A stretch of DNA of 64,000 nt from Pseudomonadota bacterium (lineage in GTDB: Bacteria; Pseudomonadota; Alphaproteobacteria; SHVZ01). The notes under the pieces were generated by a model, which was not told where the DNA came from, did no database searches, and was given only the letters and a program-made list of their open reading frames with translations. A program made the translations under genes and the position numbers. The stretch lies in NCBI GenBank assembly GCA_016195085.1, contig JACQAG010000054.1, positions 7,045-71,044 on the forward strand. The letters run 5' to 3'. Below are positions 1 through 8,160 of this stretch, piece after piece; positions within the stretch are counted from its first letter, which is position 1; each line of letters opens with the position of its first letter.

Positions 1-1258
1 TGATGAAGGTGGCGGCGACCGGGTGGTTGACCGTGGGATTGGCGCCGATGACGACGATGACGTCGGCGTTGGCGCATTCGGAGACCGGTGCGGTGACCGC
101 CCCCGAGCCGATGGTCTCCATCAGGGCCGCCACCGAGGAGGCGTGGCAGAGCCGGGTGCAATGGTCGACATTGTTGGTGCCGAAGCCGGTGCGGACCAGC
201 TTCTGGAAGAGGAACGCCTCTTCATTCGAGCCCTTGGCGGAGCCGAAGCCGGCGAGCGCATTGCCGCCATCGGTCTCGCGGATGCGCTTCAACCCCTGGG
301 CGGCGGCGTCGAGCGCCTCGTCCCAGCCGGCTGGGCGGAAATGGGTCCAGGGATTGGCGGGATCGCAATCGAGCGACCGGTCCTTGGGCGCGTCCTGGCG
401 CCGGATCATCGGCTGGGTCAGCCGGTGGCGGTGGTGGACATAGTCGAAGCCGTAGCGGCCCTTGACGCAGAGCCGGTTGTGGTTCGCCGGACCGTCGCGG
501 CCGTCGACCGAAACGAGCTTGCCCTCCTTCATATTGAAAGTGAGCTGGCAGCCGACGCCGCAATAGGGACAAAGCGAGTCGACGGCCTTGTCCGGCGTCA
601 CCGCCTTGCGGCCGGCCATGTCGAGGAGCGAGGCCGGCATCAAGGCCCCGGTCGGACAGGCCTGCACGCATTCCCCGCAGCCCACGCAGGTCGACTGGCC
701 CATGGGATCGTCGAAGTCGAAGACGATCTTCGAGTCATGGCCGCGATAAGCCATGCCGATGACGTCGTTCACCTGCACCTCGCGGCAGGCGCGCACGCAG
801 AGCCCACATTGGATGCAGGCATCGAGATGAACCCCGATCGCCGGATGGCTGCGGTCCGGGGTCGGGGCGCCGCGGCCGGCAAAGCGGCTGGAGGCCACAC
901 CCATGCGCTCGGCCCATTGCCAGATGAGGGCATTGGGGTCATGGCTGTCGTTGCGCTGGGGCTGATCGGCCAGCAGCAGCTCCATGATCATCGCCCGCGC
1001 CTTCTTGGCGCGCTCCGAGCCGGTGGTGACGCGCATGCCGGCCTTGGGCTTGCGGATGCAGGAGGCGGCCAGCACGCGCTCGCCTGCGATCTCGACCATG
1101 CAGGCCCGGCAATTGCCGTCGGGGCGATAGCCCGGCGCCGGCTTGAAGCAGAGATGCGGGATCTCGGTTCCTTGCCGGTTCGCCACCTGCCAGATGGTCT
1201 CCTCGGGACTGGCCTCGACCTCGCGCCCGTCGAGCTGGAAGCGGATGAGTTCGCTCAT
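1..1258 (-). CDS. fdhF: Formate dehydrogenase alpha subunit (Mo/W-bisPGD, FdhF/Fdh1A type), 5' part; runs off the window edge
   Basis: Not in the ORF track; translated by hand from ATG 1258, which overlaps the upstream stop (ATGA). MSELIRFQLDGREVEA..IPHLC..GNCRACMVE (2Fe-2S), CIQCGLCVRAC and CVGCGECVQACP (4Fe-4S), CPYCGVGC, active-site NNVDHCTRLCHASS (Cys, not Sec). Confidence 0.93.
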   Translation of the reverse strand, partial: MSELIRFQLDGREVEASPEETIWQVANRQGTEIPHLCFKPAPGYRPDGNCRACMVEIAGERVLAASCIRKPKAGMRVTTGSERAKKARAMIMELLLADQPQRNDSHDPNALIWQWAERMGVASSRFAGRGAPTPDRSHPAIGVHLDACIQCGLCVRACREVQVNDVIGMAYRGHDSKIVFDFDDPMGQSTCVGCGECVQACPTGALMPASLLDMAGRKAVTPDKAVDSLCPYCGVGCQLTFNMKEGKLVSVDGRDGPANHNRLCVKGRYGFDYVHHRHRLTQPMIRRQDAPKDRSLDCDPANPWTHFRPAGWDEALDAAAQGLKRIRETDGGNALAGFGSAKGSNEEAFLFQKLVRTGFGTNNVDHCTRLCHASSVAALMETIGSGAVTAPVSECANADVIVVIGANPTVNHPVAATFI

Positions 1259-2958
1259 GCGAAGTCCTCTGGAAAATAGCGGAGCGCTGTCAGCATCGGA
1301 TTGGGTGCCGCCTGGCCCAAGCCGCAAATCGACGCATCCTGCATGGCGGTGCTGAGCTCGCTCAAGAGGGGGCGGTCCCATCGGGGCTGGCCCAAGAGGG
1401 CGGCCGCCTTCTCGGTGCCGACCCGGCAGGGCGTGCATTGGCCACAGCTCTCATGGGCGAAGAAGCGCATGAGGTTGTGGGCGGCCATGCGCACATCGTC
1501 CTGATCGGAGAGCACCACCACCGCGGCCGAGCCGATGAAGCAGCCATGGGGCTCGAGCGTGCCGAAGTCGAGGGGGAGATCGGCCATGCTCGCCGGCAGA
1601 ATACCCCCCGAGGCGCCGCCCGGCAGATAGCCCTTGAAGCGATGGCCCGCAGCCATGCCGCCGCAGAAATCATCGATCAGACGACGGACGGTAATCCCCG
1701 CCGGGGCGATCTTGACGCCCGGTTGCTTGACCCGGCCGGAGACCGAGAAGGTGTGGAGCCCCTTGCGCCCGTTCTCGCCTTGGCCCACGAACCAGGCGGC
1801 GCCGCGCTCGACGATGTCGCGCACCCAATGGAGCGTCTCGACATTGTTGATGAGCGTCGGCCGGCCGAACAACCCGACCTCGGAGGGGTAGGGCGGTTTG
1901 TGCCGCGGCAGGCCGCGCTTGCCCTCGATGCTTTCCAGCATCGCCGACTCTTCACCGCAGATATAGGCGCCGGCGCCGCGCCTGAGCTCGATCTCCAGCC
2001 CTTGGCTGAGCCCGCTCTCGGCCAGCGCCTTCAGCTCCTCGCCGAGGAGTGCCCTGATGCCGGGATACTCGTCGCGGAGATAGACGTAGATCGACTTCGC
2101 CTCGATCGCCCAGGCGCCGATCAGCATGCCCTCCAGCATCCGGTGCGGGTCGGTCTCCAGGAAGTAGCGGTCCTTGAAGGTTCCGGGCTCGCCCTCATCG
2201 GCATTGATCGCCAAGAGCCGCGGAGCGGGCTGCTGGCGAACCAGGCGCCACTTCTGACCGGTCGGAAAGCCGGCACCGCCGAGGCCGCGCAATCCCGCCT
2301 GCTCCAAGACGGCGATGATCTCTTCGGGCTTGCGGCGCCCGGCTCGGCAGGCTTCGAGCAATTGGTACCCGCCATCCCGGCGGTAGCTCGCCAGGCGGCG
2401 ATGGCTGATCGGCTGCGGCGTGGTTTCCCCCGCAACCAGGGCGGCGCGGATGCTGGCGGCATCGGCATGCGCGATCAATCTTTGGCCGACATGGACGGCG
2501 GGTGCCTTGTCGCAGGCGCCGATGCAAGGCGCCGGCACGACGCGAACGCCGGGGCCGACATCGGCGGCGAGCGCCGCCATGAGACGCTCGGCGCCGGCCA
2601 AGGCGCAGCTCAAGGAGTCGCAAACCCTGACCGTGACCGCAGCCGGAGCGGGCGCGCCGTCCTCGATCATATCGAAGTGGTGATAGAAGGTGGCGACCTC
2701 GTAGACCTCGGCCAGCGGCAGCTTGAGCTCATGGGCCAGTGCCGCCAGCAAGCCGGCCGGCAGCCCGCGATGGCGATCCTGAACGAGATGCAGATATTCG
2801 ATCAGCAGATCGCGGCGGCGCGGGCCGGGACCCAACAGCGTGCGGATCTCGGCCAGCGCTTGGCCATCGACCTGCCGACCCTTCGGCTGCGGTCTCGCCT
2901 TGCCGCGGCCGGCGCCGTGGTGGCGCGGCTTCCCCCCGGCAACTTCGTTATCGGGCAT
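1255..2958 (-). CDS. NAD-dependent formate dehydrogenase beta subunit (fused NuoE-like 2Fe-2S and NuoF-like FMN/NADH/4Fe-4S domains)
   Basis: EVATFYHHF, CDSLSC, CIGACD (NuoE-like); GLRGLGGAGFPTG, NADEGEPGTFKDR, GAGAYICGEESA, ESCGQCTPCR (NuoF-like); coupled to the alpha subunit. Confidence 0.92.
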   Translation of the reverse strand: MPDNEVAGGKPRHHGAGRGKARPQPKGRQVDGQALAEIRTLLGPGPRRRDLLIEYLHLVQDRHRGLPAGLLAALAHELKLPLAEVYEVATFYHHFDMIEDGAPAPAAVTVRVCDSLSCALAGAERLMAALAADVGPGVRVVPAPCIGACDKAPAVHVGQRLIAHADAASIRAALVAGETTPQPISHRRLASYRRDGGYQLLEACRAGRRKPEEIIAVLEQAGLRGLGGAGFPTGQKWRLVRQQPAPRLLAINADEGEPGTFKDRYFLETDPHRMLEGMLIGAWAIEAKSIYVYLRDEYPGIRALLGEELKALAESGLSQGLEIELRRGAGAYICGEESAMLESIEGKRGLPRHKPPYPSEVGLFGRPTLINNVETLHWVRDIVERGAAWFVGQGENGRKGLHTFSVSGRVKQPGVKIAPAGITVRRLIDDFCGGMAAGHRFKGYLPGGASGGILPASMADLPLDFGTLEPHGCFIGSAAVVVLSDQDDVRMAAHNLMRFFAHESCGQCTPCRVGTEKAAALLGQPRWDRPLLSELSTAMQDASICGLGQAAPNPMLTALRYFPEDFA

Positions 2959-3100
2959 TCCTTCTTTCCTCCGCGGGTTGCCGGGATTCTATTCCCGTCC
3001 CCGATGGCCGTGCCCCGTCCGGCAGCTCCCGAACCTGCTTACCTCGTCGCACCAAGCTCACGCCAATTTGCCCCTGTGATCGCCGCATCGGTCGGCGCCA

Positions 3101-3286
3101 TCATTTTTGATCGTCATTTGGCCCGACCGGGTCGAGACTGATGATGTCGCTGTTGATCAGGCGCTTGCCTGCATGCTCGAAATTGACCGTTACCCGGTTG
3201 CCGATTGCGGACTGCACCTGTCCGATGCCCCAGTCGGGCTGCCCCGGGTGCCGCACCAATGTGCCGGGAGTGATCTGCTGGGACAA
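3101..3286 (-). CDS. DUF3553-like small protein
   Basis: PGTLVRHPGQPDWGIGQVQSAIGNRVTVNFEHAGK pattern; start uncertain (TTG 3286 chosen; ORF open to 3355). Confidence 0.75.
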   Translation of the reverse strand: MSQQITPGTLVRHPGQPDWGIGQVQSAIGNRVTVNFEHAGKRLINSDIISLDPVGPNDDQK

Positions 3287-3371
3287 GCCTGTCGCTCGCG
3301 AAGCTAAGATTGCAGTATAGGAAATCTCCGCGGCGCGTTGAAGGCCGCCCAGCAAGAGGCTCCGAGAACCC

Positions 3372-4004
3372 GTGTCATCGAGTATTCATCTAGGGGAGCT
3401 GCTGATCTCGCGCATCTGCCATGACCTCGCCAGTCCGGTCGGCGCGGTCATGAGCGGTCTCGAGCTCATCGAGGAATTCGAAGGCGAAACCGCCGACGAT
3501 GCGCTCAGGCTGATGGCCGATAGCGCGCGCATCGCTGCCCGGCGCATGGCCTTCTATCGGCTGGCCTTCGGCTTTGCCGGCAATGCCGCAAATCTGTCCC
3601 TGGCCGAGGCGCGCGCCCTGCTCATGGACTTTTTGGTCGGCGGGCGGGCCAGGCTGGACTGGCCGGAAGCCACCGACGTCGCCAATCATTGCCCCGAGGA
3701 AGGGGGCGTCAAGCTCCTGCTGATGCTTGTCTTCGTTGCGCTCGAAGCCTTGCCCCGCGGCGGCACGGTCGCCGTCGGGTTCGATCTGGCGGGGGGGATC
3801 GCCCGGATCCAGGCGCAGGGGCCCGGCGCTCGGATCGCGCCTGCGAACGAGGCGGCTCTCACCGGCGCCGAGGACATCCTCCAGCGCCTGGATGCGGGAA
3901 CCGCGCCGTCCTACTACGCGGGTCGCCTGGCCCAGAGGCTCGGTGCGGGGCTCATGCTCGAGCCCGGCACCGATCGCCTCAGCCTATCGGCGCGGCTGCC
4001 CTAG
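3372..4004 (+). CDS. chpT: Histidine phosphotransferase ChpT
   Basis: [16 protein letters not shown]-box, FYRLAFG, degenerate CA domain (ALPRGG); adjacent to ctrA. Confidence 0.9.
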   Translation: MSSSIHLGELLISRICHDLASPVGAVMSGLELIEEFEGETADDALRLMADSARIAARRMAFYRLAFGFAGNAANLSLAEARALLMDFLVGGRARLDWPEATDVANHCPEEGGVKLLLMLVFVALEALPRGGTVAVGFDLAGGIARIQAQGPGARIAPANEAALTGAEDILQRLDAGTAPSYYAGRLAQRLGAGLMLEPGTDRLSLSARLP

Positions 4005-4732
4005 GCGATCGCCGGTTCCTTGGCGGCGCCGCGAGCGCGCTTCGGCGGCTCTTCGGCCTGCGGGTCGCGGAGCACATAGCCCCGGCCCCAGACCGTCTCG
4101 ATGTAGTTCTCGCCGTCGGTCGCCAGCATCAGCTTCTTGCGCAGCTTGCAGACGAAGACGTCGATGATCTTGTGCTCGGGCTCGTCCATGCCGCCGTAGA
4201 GATGATTGAGGAACATCTCCTTGGTGAGCGTGCTGCCCTTCCTGAGGGCCAAGAGCTCGAGGATGCTGTACTCCTTGCCGGTCAAGTGCACCGGCTTGCC
4301 GTCCGCTTCGACCAGGCGCTGGGCGATGTTGATGGTGAGCTTGCCGGTCCGGATGAGCGGGTCGGAATGGCCTTTGGAGCGCCGCACGATCGCCTGGATG
4401 CGGGCGATGAGCTCACGCCGATCGAAGGGCTTGGTCATGTAGTCGTCGGCACCGATGCCGAGGCCCTTGATCTTGTCGTCGGGTGCCGCCAATCCCGACA
4501 GGATCAGGATCGGCGTCTGGATCTTGGCGGCGCGCAGCCGGCGCAGCACCTCGTAGCCGTCGATGTCGGGAAGCATGAGATCGAGAAGGATGATGTCGTA
4601 GTCGTAGAGCTTCCCGATCTCCAGGCCGTCTTCGCCGAACTCGGAGATGTCGACGACGAAGCCGCTCGACTTCAGCATCAGCTCCAGGCTGCGTGCCGTC
4701 GCCGAATCGTCTTCCACCAAGAGAATGCGCAT
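4001..4732 (-). CDS. ctrA: Cell-cycle/flagellar response regulator CtrA
   Basis: [77 protein letters not shown] 4732. Confidence 0.93.
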   Translation of the reverse strand: MRILLVEDDSATARSLELMLKSSGFVVDISEFGEDGLEIGKLYDYDIILLDLMLPDIDGYEVLRRLRAAKIQTPILILSGLAAPDDKIKGLGIGADDYMTKPFDRRELIARIQAIVRRSKGHSDPLIRTGKLTINIAQRLVEADGKPVHLTGKEYSILELLALRKGSTLTKEMFLNHLYGGMDEPEHKIIDVFVCKLRKKLMLATDGENYIETVWGRGYVLRDPQAEEPPKRARGAAKEPAIA

Positions 4733-4770
4733 AAGCCACCCCTCCCACTGGCACACACAACCTAAAGATA

Positions 4771-4796
4771 TTAACCGTTCCTGAAGGAATGGTTAA
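4771..4796. promoter_or_regulatory. Inverted pair of CtrA half-site-like motifs in the divergent ctrA/fliI promoter region
   Basis: TTAACCGTTCC-tgaa-GGAATGGTTAA; the right arm read on the minus strand is TTAACCAT, the known CtrA half-site. Confidence 0.65.
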
Positions 4797-4879
4797 CGAC
4801 GTAGCAACAACCGCGGCCCGGGCGTGCGGAATGTGTCCTTTCCTGCTATGATACGCCTCCGCGGGGCAGGGGTTTCCCG

Positions 4880-6226
4880 ATGCTGATCAATCCGTTGCGG
4901 CAGGCAGTGAAAGAGGTGGAGAAGCTGCCGGAATACCGCCTTTACGGCCGCGTTGCCTCGGTTTTAGGCATGATGGTGGAGGTGGGCGGGGTCGAGCGGC
5001 AGCTTTCCATCGGCGATCGCTGTCTCCTCATGGCCCGCGGCGGCCGCCGGGTCCCCTGCGAGGTGGTGGGGTTCCGGCAGAACCGGGCCTTGGTCATGCC
5101 CTTCGTCCCGCTCGAAGGGGTGGGTGTGGGCAGCCGCGCCGAGGTGGCGGAGTCGGAGCCGGTGGTGTTTCCCGATGAAGCCTGGCTCGGCCGCGTGGTC
5201 AACGCCATGGGCGAGCCGGTCGACGGCAAGGGCCCGCTGGTGAATGGCCGGCAGGGCTATCCGCTTCGCGCCCAGCCGCCGAAGGCGCATGAGCGCGCCA
5301 GGCTCGGCGGCAAGATCGATCTGGGCGTGCGCGGGCTCAACACCTTCCTCACCACCGTCATGGGCCAGCGCATGGGCATCTTCGCCGGCTCCGGCGTGGG
5401 CAAGTCGGTGCTGATGTCGATGATCGCCCGCTACACCTCGGCCGATGTCAACGTCATCGGGCTCGTCGGCGAGCGCGGACGCGAGGTGCAGGAGTTCATC
5501 CAGGACATTCTCGGTCCCGAAGGCCTGGCACGATCGGTCATCGTGGTCGCGACTTCGGACGAGTCGCCGCTGATGCGCCGGCAAGCTGCCTATCTCACGC
5601 TCGCCATCTCCGAATTTTTCCGCGACCTCGGCAAAGAGGTGCTCTGCCTCATCGACAGCATCACCCGCTTTGCCATGGCGCAGCGCGAGATCGGGCTCTC
5701 GGCGGGCGAGCCGCCCGCGAGCAAGGGCTATACGCCGACCGTGTTCGGCGAGCTGCCGCGCCTGTTGGAGCGCGCCGGGCCCGGCATCGGCAAGGGCAAC
5801 ATCACCGGACTCTTCGCCGTGCTGGTGGAAGGCGACGACCATAACGAGCCGATCGCCGACTCGGTGCGCGGCATCATCGACGGCCATATCGTGCTGGAAC
5901 GGCATATTGCCGAGCGCGGCCGCTATCCGGCGATCAACATCATGAGGAGCATCAGCCGCGCCATGCCGGCCTGCAATACGCCGGAGGAGAACCGCCTGGT
6001 GGTCAAGGCGCGTTCGCTCCTCAGCCTTTATGAGGATATGGCCGAGCTCATCCGCCTCGGCGCCTATCGCCGCGGCAGCGACCCAAGAGTGGACGAAGCG
6101 ATCGCCTATTACCCGGCGCTCGAGCGCTTCCTCGCCCAGGACAAGGATGAGCGCTGCGACCTGGAAACCGGCTATGCGCAGCTCGGCCAGATCCTGGACA
6201 ATCCCCCCGTCGGCGATCAGGTCTAG
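4880..6226 (+). CDS. fliI: Flagellar export ATPase FliI
   Basis: [15 protein letters not shown]alker [30 protein letters not shown]. Confidence 0.97.
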   Translation: MLINPLRQAVKEVEKLPEYRLYGRVASVLGMMVEVGGVERQLSIGDRCLLMARGGRRVPCEVVGFRQNRALVMPFVPLEGVGVGSRAEVAESEPVVFPDEAWLGRVVNAMGEPVDGKGPLVNGRQGYPLRAQPPKAHERARLGGKIDLGVRGLNTFLTTVMGQRMGIFAGSGVGKSVLMSMIARYTSADVNVIGLVGERGREVQEFIQDILGPEGLARSVIVVATSDESPLMRRQAAYLTLAISEFFRDLGKEVLCLIDSITRFAMAQREIGLSAGEPPASKGYTPTVFGELPRLLERAGPGIGKGNITGLFAVLVEGDDHNEPIADSVRGIIDGHIVLERHIAERGRYPAINIMRSISRAMPACNTPEENRLVVKARSLLSLYEDMAELIRLGAYRRGSDPRVDEAIAYYPALERFLAQDKDERCDLETGYAQLGQILDNPPVGDQV

Positions 6227-6237
6227 CGCGGTAGACG

Positions 6238-6666
6238 GTGAAGAGCCTCTCCAGCCTCATACGCCTGGTCAAATGGCGCATCGACGAGAAGCGCCGGGAG
6301 CTCATGGACCGCGAGAGCGAAGCCGAGGCGCTTCGGTGGAAGCTGCAGCAGGGCGAGGAGGAGATCCGCGCCGAGCAGGCATGGGCCAAAACCACCTTCG
6401 AGGCGGGCCTGGGATACGGTGCCTATGCGCGGCGCGCCATCCAGCGGCGCGCCATGCTGACCCAGGCCTTGGCCGAGGCCGAGGCCAAAGTCGAGGTCGT
6501 CCGTGCCGAGCTCGCCGATCTCTTTTTGGAGCAGAAGCAATACGAGATCACCCAGGCAAACCGTGAAAGGCGCGAGCGCGAGCGCCTGGCCAAGATCGAG
6601 CAAGGCGAGCTGGACGAGATCGCGCTCAACCAGCACAAGGCCAAGAAGGTGGACGCCGCGGGCTAA
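6238..6666 (+). CDS. fliJ: Flagellar export chaperone FliJ
   Basis: 142-aa coiled coil directly after fliI; W.IDEKRR and EQ.ELDEIAL motifs. Confidence 0.85.
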   Translation: MKSLSSLIRLVKWRIDEKRRELMDRESEAEALRWKLQQGEEEIRAEQAWAKTTFEAGLGYGAYARRAIQRRAMLTQALAEAEAKVEVVRAELADLFLEQKQYEITQANRERRERERLAKIEQGELDEIALNQHKAKKVDAAG

Positions 6667-6710
6667 ATATTCGGATTCGATCGTCGTCGCGCAGGCGACG
6701 CGAAGAAACA

Positions 6711-6859
6711 GACCCTCACCCCAGCCCTCTCCCGCGATGCGGGAGAGGGAGAGAGAGGTGGCGGTCACCCCCTCTCCCGCTGGGGGTGGACTTTGGGAGG
6801 GGGTGGGGATCACCCCCTCCCCGACCCTCCCCGGGCGGGAGAGGGCTGGGGTGAGGGTC
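6711..6859. repeat. REP/MITE-like nested palindromic element
   Basis: Perfect 25-bp terminal inverted repeat GACCCTCACCCCAGCCCTCTCCCGC (6711-6735 / 6835-6859) with internal hairpins such as CCCTCTCCCGC-gat-GCGGGAGAGGG; lies between convergent genes. Confidence 0.85.
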
Positions 6860-6867
6860 CTCACTGA

Positions 6868-7719
6868 TCAACGCCGGTTCTCGCGGAAGCGCAGGATGAC
6901 GCCGCAGGCATCCTCAGGAGCTACGCGGAGGAGATCGTCTTCCTCCTGGAAGCTCACGCCGTTCCTCTCGAGCAAGCCGCTGGTCTCGGCGAGCGCGGCG
7001 ACGGCGAGAGTGATCGCCGACAGATAGGGCAGGGCCACGCCGGCGAGCGCCACGCGCCGTTGCTCGGCTTCGGCTTGGGTCATGAACTCGAGCCGCGCGC
7101 CGCCTCCGGCGTCGACCACGAGCCGGCCGTTCGCTTCACGAACCGCGGCGGCGCCGAACAGCGTCTCCTGCTGCCGCCGGACGAGGGTGATGTCGGCGAC
7201 CACGGCGGTGAGCGCGGCGACGGCCAGGCTACCATTGGCGTGGCGCGTCCATTCGGGGCGGCGGATCAGCTCCGGCGTCAGATGCTGGCAAACGAGCGAG
7301 GCCATCAATCCCTCGGTCTGCCGCTGATCGAAGAACACCAGGCGGAAGCGGGGATGGACCTCGCCTTCGGCGAGCTCGAAGCGGCGGGTGAGCTCGCGGG
7401 GCGTCGTCGCGTCCAGCCCGCAGGCGCGGGCAAGACTGTAGGTTTCATCGGCCGAGCGCGGGACGAAGGCGACGCCCATCAGGCCTTCGCGCCGCTCGAG
7501 GAAGCCGTCGAGGCCATGCAGGTAGCGCTCGGCATCGACGATGCCGCGCAGCTCCAGATAGTCCCTCTGAAACATGATGCACCAATTGCCGGTGCCCCAT
7601 TCCAGATGGCTGCCGCGGGGTGGAATGGTGAAGCCCAGGCGCTGGTAGAAGCCGCGCGCCGCCGCCATGTCGCGGACGGCGATGACGGGGTGATCGATGC
7701 CGATGATCCCGATGCTCAT
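6868..7719 (-). CDS. VOC/glyoxalase-like family protein
   Basis: GIDHPVIAVRD, GF...GSHLEWGTGN, YLELRGI, CQHLTPE..W.RHANG. Confidence 0.8.
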   Translation of the reverse strand: MSIGIIGIDHPVIAVRDMAAARGFYQRLGFTIPPRGSHLEWGTGNWCIMFQRDYLELRGIVDAERYLHGLDGFLERREGLMGVAFVPRSADETYSLARACGLDATTPRELTRRFELAEGEVHPRFRLVFFDQRQTEGLMASLVCQHLTPELIRRPEWTRHANGSLAVAALTAVVADITLVRRQQETLFGAAAVREANGRLVVDAGGGARLEFMTQAEAEQRRVALAGVALPYLSAITLAVAALAETSGLLERNGVSFQEEDDLLRVAPEDACGVILRFRENRR

Positions 7720-7727
7720 CCCTTGCC

Positions 7728-8138
7728 TCAGCCCCGCTTCTGCTGGGCCAACAGCTCGGGATTGCTCCAGCCGGGCTGGCGGTCCTCGACGACGACGCTG
7801 TGCTCGACCGCTTGCGGCATCCCCGCGCGCTTTCCGGCCCGGATCTCGATCATGGTCCAGCGCGGCACGATTTCGTTGTTGAGATCATCCAGCATGGCAA
7901 GGGTCATGGCTTCGAGGGACAGCCAGGGTTGCTGGGAGAGAAGGGCAAGATAGGTCTCGAGCGCGGCAGGCTGCAGGATGTCGCGGTCCGGCACATAGCA
8001 GAGGCGCACGCTCAAGTCGTTCTTGCCGACCGTGCCCAGATCCGCCTCCAGGCGCACGACATAGTCGACCTGGCCCGAGGGATTGGGCTCGCTCGCCAAG
8101 AGCCGACGACGTTCGCTGCGGGCTTCGGGAGTCGGCAA
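7728..8138 (-). CDS. QueF-like (T-fold) protein lacking the catalytic Cys motif
   Basis: TTG 8138 with GAGG RBS; PNP...DY.V, YVPD, EA.T..LDDL....PRW and EDRQPGW resemble type I QueF, but EFTxxCPxTGQPD is absent. Confidence 0.55.
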   Translation of the reverse strand: MPTPEARSERRRLLASEPNPSGQVDYVVRLEADLGTVGKNDLSVRLCYVPDRDILQPAALETYLALLSQQPWLSLEAMTLAMLDDLNNEIVPRWTMIEIRAGKRAGMPQAVEHSVVVEDRQPGWSNPELLAQQKRG

Positions 8139-8160
8139 GGCTGGACCTCGGAGCCGCGCG

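Noticed and set aside
735..960. Possible frameshift or selenocysteine in the FDH alpha subunit
   Set aside because: Manual translation reads through in frame, and the active-site codon is TGC (Cys)
23..3141. Long + strand ORFs 23-1279 and 1438-3141
   Set aside because: Antisense shadows of the formate dehydrogenase genes, typical of high-GC DNA; no recognisable motifs
6223..6864. 213-aa minus-strand ORF beginning in the palindromic repeat
   Set aside because: N-terminus is translated repeat sequence and the rest is antisense to fliJ
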